Shown: positions 52,951 through 64,000 of the stretch, in pieces
How positions within the stretch are numbered: the first letter of the stretch is position 1
Layout of the letters: the number at the start of each line of letters is the position of its first letter
Source: Rhynchobatus australiae
Lineage: Eukaryota
Direction: 5' to 3'
DNA: 64,000 nt
Assembly (NCBI GenBank): GCA_034780895.1
Contig: JAUZTB010000001.1
Coordinates: 45,588,111 to 45,652,110 of the forward strand
Made by a program: the position numbers and the translations under genes
Notes under the pieces: model-generated
The model's input: the letters and a program-made list of their open reading frames with translations, nothing else
Database searches by the model: none
Told to the model about the DNA's origin: nothing

Positions 52951-54154
52951 TGGACTAGCACGGTCTGCCAAGCGATGCTACTTCGCTTTTTTATTACCTC
53001 ATTTGTATCAGATATTCTCCTGCTATGAGACTGCCACAGTATTTGTCCATCACTCATTTTCTATCCACCACATTGCTTTTCTGTGTTTATTTAAGGGTCT
53101 ACACATCAGCCATCCCTTTCAATAAGATCCTAGCATAAAACAGAATGCAAATAGAGGAACAATTGCTTGAAATAGGTGCGTTTGAAGGTAAGACATACAA
53201 AGTCAGTCTTCAGCAAACCCTTCTTAATGTGAATTTTAAAGACTAGGGTTCTATACAGTCCACTTTGGTGGTATTCTGTCTGTAACTGGTCTTACTGCCC
53301 AGAACCTCAGCTATGTATTTTTCAGTAATGAACAAACTGCATTCAACATCATTGATATGTATTTATTATTTTAAGTCAATATCAAAAAGGTTTTTCTATC
53401 ACTTATTTATCCTTGTCTTAATGTATTTATGTGAAATTTATAGAGCTTATACAATCTGACTTTGACCTGTTTGATCCATGTCTGTTACAATCATATTTCT
53501 CCTCTTTAGTAAACCTGGGTTTAAACTAGATGAGAGGATAGTTTTTTGAGCAGTTGTATCAGTGGCTGGTGTTTGTAGATTATGTAAGGATTATCTCTGA
53601 AAGCAAATTGTAAGTTATGACTGTAGTAAATCAGAGAAATTGTGACACTACAGAATAGACAACACATTTCTATAAGAATACTTTATTTCAACTGTCTGGT
53701 ACTATTTCAACAGATATTTAGAATAAAACAGTGTTCTTTGAACAAATATGTAGCCTTCATTTATGAATGCACCACACCAGCTTTATGCCTCGCCATCTTG
53801 TCTCGGCGCTTCTGATAATACACTACAGGCTGACTACAGTCTAAAGGTTGGGAACTGAGCCGTTCGTGCCGAGCTGCTTTCTGTGTTAAGATGAATTTGC
53901 AAAACGATACGCTGTCATGTCCAAATGCGACGTCATGTGACAAGTATGGAGTTTTTGTTTTTATCTAGAAATGTAATGTTGATGCATTCAAAAGAAATGT
54001 TAAGAGAGAGCACACAAAATAATAAGGTGGGAACAGAAAGAATGGAGAAGAGAAAGAGAAAAAATGTGGCAAAACAGCAGGATGTAACTAGGGAGGGGAA
54101 TAGTATCAGACATTGGTTATCTTAATGAATCCCGTCTATTACTCCTTGTTTTAC

Positions 54155-54214
54155 TTTTCCTAAATATTAGGAATTCATGCCATATTTTCCTAAATATTAG
54201 GAATTCATTCCATT
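54155..54214. repeat. Two-copy 30-bp tandem repeat; each unit contains the inverted repeat TTCCTAA-ATA-TTAGGAA
   Basis: ttttcctaaatattaggaattcatgccata followed by ttttcctaaatattaggaattcattccatt. Confidence 0.9.
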
Positions 54215-54749
54215 GATATAACTTTAAGCATAAAAGTTAATTTAGAAAATAACGTTGCAAATCAAAGATAGTCCGCACTTTCCCAGCTCGCTGTAATTAA
54301 TGCAAAGAATATTACTGTGTTTGGGAGACGACAGTACAACGCTGCTTCATGCGATGCTGCCCGGGTCAATTGGCCCAGTGGAGCGCAGGGCAGTGAGTGC
54401 CTGCGGGAGCCGAGGCAGCTCCAGGGCGCTGGCTGCCGTCTCCTTCCACACCAGTCACCCGCAACCCCGACCCCCGCACCGCCATTTTGTTGATAAGCAG
54501 AGCAGGGCCGTTGATATCCCTCCAGCAACAAAGACATCTTCCCATTGCAGTGAAAAAAAAGTGCATGTCCCTGTTTTAAGTGGCAAATAAACAGTTTACT
54601 TTCCAAGGGCGCACAGATCTGAAACCGTCAGCGCTTTGGGGAAGACAGCAATCTAACTACCTTTTGTTGAGTATTGTTACATCAGGAAAGCAGCATAACA
54701 TTTCAATTCTCTCTTAATTTAATTTAATTAAGCTCCTTTAATTTCCTTC

Positions 54750-54990
54750 ATTTAAAACTTCTAATGACAAGCTAGTGCTAGATATGGATGCAGTGCAGAT
54801 TATAATGCACAACAAACAGCTCCTTAGCGGCCTGTAGTCATCATTAACGCCAACGCTGGAAAGGACCCCTTCAGCCTTGTTTTCTTATTATACCACCCAC
54901 ACGACAAAACATGCCAAACGTTGCCTTTCTAACAGAAAGGATTAAAGTCACCCACTCACTCCACAAATCTCTGAAAGCCAACACAAATCC
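54750..54990 (+). promoter_or_regulatory. Paralogue of the Hoxa2/Hoxb2 Krox20-dependent r3/r5 (and neural crest) enhancer upstream of HoxD2
   Basis: Krox20-type sites CACCCACAC (54894-54902) and CACCCACTC (54949-54957), BoxA-like GACAAAAC next to site 1, and upstream TGACA and ATGGATG motifs, about 1.1 kb 5' of the ATG. Confidence 0.65.
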
Positions 54991-55859
54991 ACTGGAATTA
55001 CACAAAGAAACGCGATGCCGCATTTTGACTGATTTTTTGAGCTCGAAACATTCTGTGAATGTGAGTGGAAAAAAAATAACAAATATTGTGCTTACTAATT
55101 TGCCAATAATGTATTACAGAATGTGCAGCCTAGGGGTTTAAGTGGCAAATAATTTACAAATATTGTTATAAAATGTGGAAAGTTCGTAAATCGCGACAGC
55201 TGTATTCAGATAGAATCCCCGAGATGTTACTTCACAAAGATTTAAAGAAATGGCTTGTGGGTGTTTATGAAAGCAACAAATAACATATGAACGAGGAGTC
55301 ATTTGTAAACAGGGCGTGCTGCTCCAGATGGAGTGAGTTGGATAGTACTTGTTGAGACTGTACAGACACCGAATAAATTGCACAATTAAAATAAATTCTC
55401 ATGGCCCAAAGGGGAAGAAGAAAGTAAAGTTGGAAATGTTACCATGCTAGTTTATATTCATGGTAAAATCCAGAGTGTGTCTGAAAGTAATTCCCCTATT
55501 TGGCTTTGCCGGCTTCAACTGTCCAGCGTACTGCTTTGACCACAGCTTGTGTTCATTCTTCTACGAGGAAGAGTCTTGCGATGTTTGTCACAGCTCCGAA
55601 GATTAATTGGTTTGTCGTTTATTACTCCACTCCATACATTTGTTAGCAGGACTCTAGACTCCAGTGTTCTTTTCTGTTCCATGATGCAGCCACCCACCAA
55701 GAGAATATTTTATAGTCGTACATTTCTACTTTATAAAAGCGCTTCTCGACTACCCTACATTATATAATATGACCCGTAGAAGGCAGAGGAAATGTTACCT
55801 ACACCTTTATATATTTTATTTCAGAATCATTGAGAAAGCCGGTCTTATTTTCCACTCTT

Positions 55860-55925
55860 GTCATTGGTTAAGGCGATCATGTGACGAGAAAATCAGCCTC
55901 ATCTCAACGTCGTGACCGTGTATTC
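55860..55925 (+). promoter_or_regulatory. HoxD2 proximal promoter
   Basis: ATTGG (55863) + 10 nt + CATGTG (55878), the same composite as at the other Hox promoters here. Confidence 0.6.
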
Positions 55926-56046
55926 AATAGACATAGTTTAATAATAGGACGGTCCCTTAGCGTTTGCAATCAGTATATTTTATAAATATACATTTTCAAA
56001 GAAATTGTCAAATAAGCAATTTTCTACCGATTCTGCCCGAGCAGAA

Positions 56047-57499
56047 ATGAACAACGAATTTGAACGAGAGGTTGGTTTTATCAATAGTGAGCCATCGCTT
56101 GCCGAGTGCCTGACATCCTTTCCTCCTGTAAGCGAGACATTTCAAAGTTCATCAATCAAGAACTCGACGCTTTCACATTCGACACTGATTCCTCCTCCTT
56201 TTGAGCAGAGCTTCTGCAGCTTGGACCCTGGTAACACACACCAAAATGGGAAAACCCACACTTCAAAAGGCATTGGTCGGGCCACGTTAGGGGACAAACC
56301 TCTGGAATATCCGTGGATGAGAGAAAAGAAAAACCACAAGAAACAAACAGTCCCTGCGCCAGGATCATTCTCGTCTTGTTCTTCCAATGAAGGTCGGGTC
56401 AATAATATTTATTTGTATTTTTTTTTTAATTTGGTGTTCAGAGGTCGTGGTTCTTTTTAAACAAAGGTCATTTCTGAAGCAGAAACAAACGTTTAATTGA
56501 CTGAAAGGTGTCATAGCTGCAAAATGCTCAGCCCTTCCCCTAACAATATTCAAAAGGTAAAGCTCTCCTGATCTTGTATACCAACAACTGGACTATACTG
56601 TAGACAAGCATCTGTATCATCTTTCTCTTGCCCTGCCTGGGCCATTACTTATATATGGAAACCTTCTGTGTCACGGAGACGGCCATTTTATGTTGCTGGA
56701 TTATTTGGTTAAAATTGTGATGATTTATCGAAACTTTTCTTTGTTTGTTACAGAAAACGAAGAGCTTAATGAACCGGATAACGGGAGTCCTTTTGACAGC
56801 TCCAGGAGACTCCGAACCACTTACACTAACACTCAGCTGTTGGAGCTTGAGAAGGAATTTCATTACAACAGATACCTTTGTAGACCACGGAGGGTAGAAA
56901 TCGCAGCTCTCCTCGATTTAACAGAAAGGCAAGTCAAAGTCTGGTTTCAGAACAGACGCATGAAACACAAGAGACAAACTCGATTCAAACAAAGCCAAAA
57001 CGCTGATTCAAAGCGCCATTTTGCCAACAATGTTAATCAGAGTGGATTTTCCACGAGAAGTTTTGAGACACATGTAAATAAATCTTTGAATTCAATAGAC
57101 AGTGAAAACATTACAAAGCAAGATATTTGTGGTCTTACACATAAAGATACATTGAGCGATATCAGCAGTGACTTGCTCAGTGTTGTTGGTACTTCTCTGA
57201 TCTCCACTGAGGGAGCCCAGAGCCATACTTTCCATCAGAGTTCAGATGAAACAGACTGTCTGCTACCTATGCTGAAGAACTGCTCGGCTGGAACAAGCCC
57301 CAGCAGTCCGGAGAGTTTCAGCATCCCATCTCTGGAGGATTTAGACAAAATTACAATCGAACCCCGTCTAGATCTGATAGAAGAATTACCTCAAATGTCT
57401 TTGTTGGAGAACGAAGGCACACTAGTTATTCCGTCTAATGTTTTTGACTTTTTAACTGACAGTTTTAGTTCCAATGATCTGCAGCAGCTGCAGTTTTAG
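56047..57499 (+). CDS. HOXD2: Homeobox protein Hox-D2, join(56047..56392,56754..57499), 363 aa
   Basis: [63 protein letters not shown], phase-1 intron, [61 protein letters not shown]-terminal DLQQLQF. Located 3' of HoxD3. Confidence 0.94.
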
Positions 57500-60400
57500 T
57501 TCGAATTCCAGCTTATGCATACACCCTTCTGCCGAGATACTTTAATAAGTGTTATTTCCAGTAACTACCAACTAAAAGTCGTGCCATTTATTACAAGCCT
57601 CTTAGTCCAATACATAATCAACTACGGACTTTCAGCTTCTACCTGCATTATGCCATGAATGAAGAAAAAACCTGAGTTCAGGAAAAATTTAATGAAGTAC
57701 AAGAAATAAAATTATTTTCAATATTTTATTTTGAATATAAATATTTCAAATATTGCAAATTTTCCAAAACTAATTACATGTTCTTAAACAACAAATTATA
57801 TATTGCTTTGTGTAAAAAAAGTAGCAACATAAAAATACGCAAGCAAAAATAAAGTATTGCATTTAAATATGTCTATGCTGACACTACTGATCACTTTCAG
57901 CCCAGTAGATGATCTGCGTCAGTCCAAAATCCAAACCAGCGATATTCCTGGAAAATAACAAAAGAAAAAATATTCAACAGCTAGTAAACAGCAGCAATAA
58001 TAATTGTATTCTGGCTCAAACAAACTTCACTGCTTATGTTAAAAATATCGTTGCTTATAACAGAACAATTGGTTGTGATACAAAAAAGGCATTAATTATA
58101 AATTGTGGCTCTATTTTTCCCTTACTAACCTTAACGTAGTGTTTAAAAAATCTGGCTTTAGAAATACCTACAAGCTGCATTGTGAACCTTTATTCATAAT
58201 TAAACATCAAGGCTACTTCTGACGTTTAATGTCCAAAACAGCTCGAAAGATCCTGATCATCCGCACCATACAATATATAATTATCAAGATACTCTGTTAT
58301 TACAGTGTGGTTAGTAAAGAAAACTCTTAGCAACCCCAAGCGAACGATAAGCAAGGAAAGGCGCCATTTTGTTAGACTAACAAAATTTAGCAGCTGAATA
58401 GTCAAATACATGGGTACCTATTTAGAAGAGAAGGTAGAAAAAAGCTCCATAAATAACTGATTTCTAGTATTCAAGTAGGCTACCTCCGAAGAAATGCACG
58501 ACTTTTGGTAANNNNNNNNNNACATGAATAAATCTCTAACGCTGAATGAGTTAGAAAACAAATCAAAATGATATTTCAAGCGGTCATCATTTCTTTATGT
58601 TCCATAATTTTGGCTCGATTAGCATATTACATGCTTTGTGTACATTTCCAAATGCTGTGCATTTCTTCGCCGAAAAAAAATGAATGGTAAAGTTCCAACT
58701 ATAACAAGCTAAAACATTTCCGTGTAATAAGTGACTGTTGATAAGATCGGCCCTGCAGAGCAATTGCCAAAACCTTGATCTAAAAATTCTTGTATTCTTA
58801 AAAATATTTCCCCAAGCCATTTATCAATTGAATTCACGACTTCATGAAATTTATTGCGCATGCTATTGGCTGAAAATTGTGTCAAAAGGAATAAAATGCA
58901 TCACAGTCTCAACCAGAAATTCACGAGTTATTTCGAAGATGCAAATCATTTTCCTGTTTCTGAAAGTGAACACGTGCTTTATAAAACGTCTACCTTACGC
59001 GACCAGCAAACAAAGAATAGCACCCTACTTCAAAAATAATGCAGTTTTTAAANNNNNNNNNNNNNNNNNNNNNNNNNNNNNNNNNNNNNNNNNNNNNNNN
59101 NNNNNNNNNNNNNNNNNNNNNNNNNNNNNNNNNNNNNNNNNNNNNNNNNNNNATGCAGTTTTTAAATCGTTAACACGCCCACACACATCTTTGTTGGTAA
59201 CCAATGCTGACTGTGCCAGTATTGCGCTTTGAAACACCCACAATGCACATTTGTAATACCCAATAAATATTTATTTTTCAAAAATCCTTTTATGTCTTTT
59301 TTTTACCAGAGAAAACGCCGTTCTGTGAACAGTCCAGTTATAGGTGTCTGTTTTTTACATCATGCAGCATCATGGTTTTTATTGCTTAAACGCTTACGGA
59401 ATGGTCGGTACGTCGTTACACATTTCAGGATCAACTGTCACTATATTAAAGTAGCAAAGATTTTTTAAAATTTAAGTTTGTTATTTACGTGAAGGCCAAA
59501 AATCTACGTTAATTATTGCTTATTTGGTACCGTTATAAACTATAAATTCAAAATAAATTATTAATCCTCTGCAAATAATCTCTAATTTCACTTTTGAATA
59601 TTATCGCAAAAATAGTAAACACTTTTCAGTATACTTAATTGTAATGTGTTTTTCCATCTGCATTAAATGCTGATGAAATTAGTAATAAACTCACTTAATT
59701 CTTTCTCCAACTCAAAATGTTGTGCTTTCGTTCCACTACAATAAGGTCATCCTGTCCAGCTCATTCATAGTAACAAGTGACTCTTTAACTCGGCATATTG
59801 TTATGAAGATTTTACTATTTTAGTTAGTAGAAAACAATAAATGTTACCCAAAAATATTAAACTCCCACTCTGAATAAAAGGCGTGAGTTCATTGTTTACT
59901 GTTCTTGGTAATAAACAGCAGCTCTCCAGGAACCCTTGGGCAAACGGTCATGTGACAGCAAAATCGGTCATCATATTTCATGTTTATATTGACAACTAGC
60001 TGGTATATTTACAACCACTATTTCCGTTTATTTTACAAACGTGAAGGCTGTAAAAGCGCAATTGTAAATGAAAAGGAAGGCTAATTTTGGAATTTGAAAC
60101 AACATACTAGCAAATAAGGAGTTCTGTTGAAAGACTTGCACCTAACTCTGGATGCATGGCTGTCAGTAGGGCATTGTTAAGAGTTCATCAATCATGAAAT
60201 CTGCACTTTTCCCTCGACAGCAGTTCCTCCTACTTTAAAGCAAGCCAAGGCCAGCTGGGATCCCTCCAGCAACCGCTGCCAAAGCGGACAAATGCGAAAA
60301 CGAATAACACACCAGTCTAATCACACCACAGACGAAACCTTCTGTACGGCCAGCCTTCGACAAATCTGGATCCCTCGTTACTGCTCGTTAAAGAGGGTAA

Positions 60401-63400
60401 AACGTTTCAAGGACATCAAAAATTCTGGCATGGATGTGAAAGCTATGTGTGCTTAAATTATTTTCATGTATGACTGCTTTTGTGGTATTGGGTCATTTGC
60501 ATTAACCTTTTAAAAAGTGGCACTAATAGATGTAGGTTCAAGGAATCCCTAAAGTATAAAACACACTATATTTTATTTACAACCTTCCGTTTCCTCTTGT
60601 CGATTCACAGCACAGTTAATGAAAAACTAATATAATTGTTGCTTCTGTCGGAGAAGTACAATGACTGGAAGAGAACCGAGACTTCTGTTTTTGGTGTTTA
60701 ATAAAGAAGGAAGGTAGGATCACTAATTTCAATCGCCCCAAACATAAAAGCAGAACTATTTGAGGGACAATATTGGGATTCATGACAAGAAGCTGCAAAA
60801 CGCAAAACAACGTCGAAGTGAATGCTTATATTTCCAAACTGATCTTTTCATAAATATTTTAAATCATTTGCAGGGATAAAGAATNNNNNNNNNNNNNNNN
60901 NNNNNNNNNNNNNNNNNNNNNNNNNNNNNNNNNNNNNNNNNNNNNNNNNNNNNNNNNNNNNNNNNNNNNNNNNNNNNNNNNNNNCTGTTCACCGCCAGGT
61001 GCCGGGCGCTCGCCCCCGACCCCCCCCCCCCCAACAACTCCAACTCTGCCCCATATGGTTACAGCGTTAAAATGGAAGCTAACCTCGTACATATCGAGGT
61101 TTTTATTGGAAAGCGTGGGAAAATTGCTGACATGGTTATTTTATCATAAAAGCCCATTACCAACTGAGTAGGTAATGTGTACTTGCGGAACTTTTATCTC
61201 CAAATCATTGGCCAAGTACTGAGAAGCCACATCCTCTGCGTCAGACGCTTAGCTGTCTAGCATCTAGTGAATCGATATGCTTAAAGGCGCCATTCTTTAA
61301 ATCTATATGTGCACTTTGATTTGGGATTCGTCCAATACAATGTCGTAGTGTGAGCATAATCTGTGATAAAATAAGCGTGTACGCCGCTTCTGATGTGTCA
61401 CACAATACCACCTTCAGTCATTTTCGCCGAATATTACCCGAATCAAATGATCTGCTTTCAGATTTATTGCAACTAGTTGTAGGAGAGTTTCAAGAAAGGG
61501 GTTGACAGTATTTCAAACAAGAATAGTTCCATGTTTATAGAAGTAACCAAGCACGTGGGTCTGTTACAGCCCATTCATTAAAAATGAAATTGCGATTAAA
61601 TTAAATAAATATTCAAAGGACTGCTTGCTTATTCAAATAATCAATCAAAACTGTAAGGCAGGCTTGCGTGCAGCGGTCAAAACAAAGCAACATCACAAAA
61701 CTTCCAAAATTATTTGGATATGGAACACATACATTTTCAAAGAATTTTTGGAAATCGGAGTTTACTTTTTGTATTTGTAAATTACACTTAATNNNNNNNN
61801 NNNNNNNNNNNNNNNNNNNNNNNNNNNNNNNNNNNNNNNNNNNNNNNNNNNNNNNNNNNNNNNNNNNNNNNNNNNNNNNNNNNNNNNNNNNNAATTACAC
61901 TTAATAACATTTAATGGTCATCCGTAAAATAAATGATTGGGAAATGTATCATGTTAAATTATGCAAATAAGTGTTTCGAAGTGATCGTCATTATATCATT
62001 GAATGTTAAACATACAGATGTGTTCTATGACACTAATACCAGCATAAATGACTAGGCATTTGCTCTGGATCCCCATTTTTCACAGTAGCTCAGGAAATGG
62101 CCATCGTCGTATTTCAAAGAACAATCTAAATATATCGATATAAACAAAATGATTGTGCTTGCATCTGAGAAACAACAAAAGGGAAACCGTGCATTTTTAA
62201 TTTATCATTTAAATAAGAAACAATATGTTAATTTAGCTGCTATATTTTAACTGTGATTATGGTTCAGAAGTATTTCATTGGCGTTTTGGGACATGCTGAA
62301 TGGGACGCGAAAGGCGCTGTATAAATGCAAATCGCTAATATGCTGTTATTATGTTTTCCTTTTTTAAAATTCAGAATGCTGCGTATGTCCTTCACAAAAA
62401 AAAACGGAAAAAGCATATTAGCAAAAGACAAATGTGAAGTGAATGAGAATGCGCATATGCTGAATTGTGTATGCAGGAATTCAGTCATTTGCAAATCCCG
62501 TGGTAACTGTATGCTTTCAAAGCCCTCAAACTCACTTACTTCTGAATTATGCATAACAGTTTTTTTTGATCTGGTCACAACATGGACGGGAAAAGCTTTT
62601 CCACGACGAAGCTTTTTACTCAGACCGCAGAATCGCAACATAAACTCAAGCCCTCACCAAGATCCAATTGCGAGGGGGCACGAGTACAGAAAGTAGAGAA
62701 CAAACTCGAATTGCCGATTTTAAAAATTAAGGCAGAGGGATTAGAATTCACTTGAGGATTGGATGGATGGACAGACATAAGGGGGAGAAAAGCACAAATA
62801 TAGAGACAAGCAGACACTACACTGTCAACAGTTATTTTAAATTCAGAACACTTCATACGGTCATATATTTGCAGTCCTTTTATACTATTAAAGAATTTTC
62901 CTTCAAATAGATAGCTGTAATCCTAGGCCATAACACAAACAGGCAAAAGGCACAGTGCCAACAGGCTATTGAAATAAATCAGAACGCATACTGCCCCTGG
63001 CGATTAAAAAGAAAAAGTCTATCTGCACCGTACATGCATTGCTAGTGAATGTTTTGACAGGCGAATGGCTTCCTCTCAGCTTCTACCACGGAAATCTACC
63101 AGGATAGAATGATACAATTGAATTAAAATATGAATTTGTTGTATCGATTTCTCCTACCGAATTTAATTATTCCATTAGACAGCTCGGATTTTTTTTTGGT
63201 TTAGAAAACGTTTTATCCTAATTGAAAATGACATGTTTAAATTCATATTACCTTGATTTGGATATTTCTTACGGTATGTCACAAAACCTTAATATATAGC
63301 AGGGTTCTAGGAGACTGCAGGATTTTCCACGGGCTGAAACTGGTCAGTCAAATAAGCCAGTGGTAGCAAAGTAAGGTCCTAATTTCTATTTCAGCCTGTT

Positions 63401-64000
63401 ATTTTACATAACTATATTTTAAGAACTGAATACATTGCAGTTTCAATACAATTTAATGCCATTAATGATAATTGACATGTTTCCAATTGGAAAGACAAGG
63501 ACAGCTCTGTTTTTTATATCTCTGACGAAGTTGGTCAATCGGTTTCTCCGCTTGTTTAAACAATGTTCAGCAGGCCCCGACATGAACATTCGGAAGTCAG
63601 CGATTCTCAGGATTATCAGACGTAATTTGAGAGTTTCTTTTACACAATTCGACCTTTTAACCATTCCCCCCAAAAAAGCATTTAACAGACCTGACCATGA
63701 CATGGGTTGGTAATGCTGTGAGGAAAATGCGCCTTCCTGAGAGTAGGCTTGAAATTATATTTAAAAAGTATTTGCTTGCGATGAACTGCAGACTGTACAC
63801 CGAGTTGCAGAACGGAACCCTGCCTGAACTCCCGAAACCATTTAATCGGCCTGTTGAGCGGATTCTGTCACTCTCCCTTCATTTCTGATTTGTTAGTGAT
63901 GTAACTATAGTAACTCATTTCGTGACTCTGCCATGATTGCACCCCTATTTGGATGATCTCCCTGTCATCGAGCAACTCCTGACAGCAGACGGAGTGCCCT

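Noticed and set aside
60205-60320. Short frame containing SSSSYF, resembling a Hox N-terminus (possible HoxD1)
   Set aside because: No ATG, an early stop, and no Hox1 motifs or homeobox. HoxD1 is not in this window.

Overview
The window is the central-to-3' part of a cartilaginous-fish HoxD cluster, probably a shark or ray. All genes are on the + strand in the order HoxD9, HoxD8, HoxD5 (3' end lost in an N-gap), miR-10b, HoxD4, HoxD3 and HoxD2. HoxD10 and HoxD1 lie outside the window. Having both HoxD5 and HoxD2, plus a CR1/HER1-type LINE fragment, points to an elasmobranch. The intergenic DNA holds recognisable Hox regulatory elements: three DR5 RAREs, the Hox4 intronic HB-1 element, a Hoxc8 early-enhancer-like element, a Hox2 Krox20 r3/r5-type enhancer, orphan promoters with first-exon splice donors, and a near-perfect miR-196 site in the HoxD8 3'UTR. 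The most unusual signals are apparent 'ghost genes' between HoxD8 and HoxD5. One is a well-preserved Hox7-type promoter/5'UTR followed by decayed Hox7-like codons (HoxD7 relic, about 11.64-12.25 kb). The other is a weaker Hox6-like relic at about 16.2-16.74 kb. A decayed LINE also sits just downstream of the HoxD5 homeobox. All comparisons to other species' sequences are from memory and need alignment to confirm.
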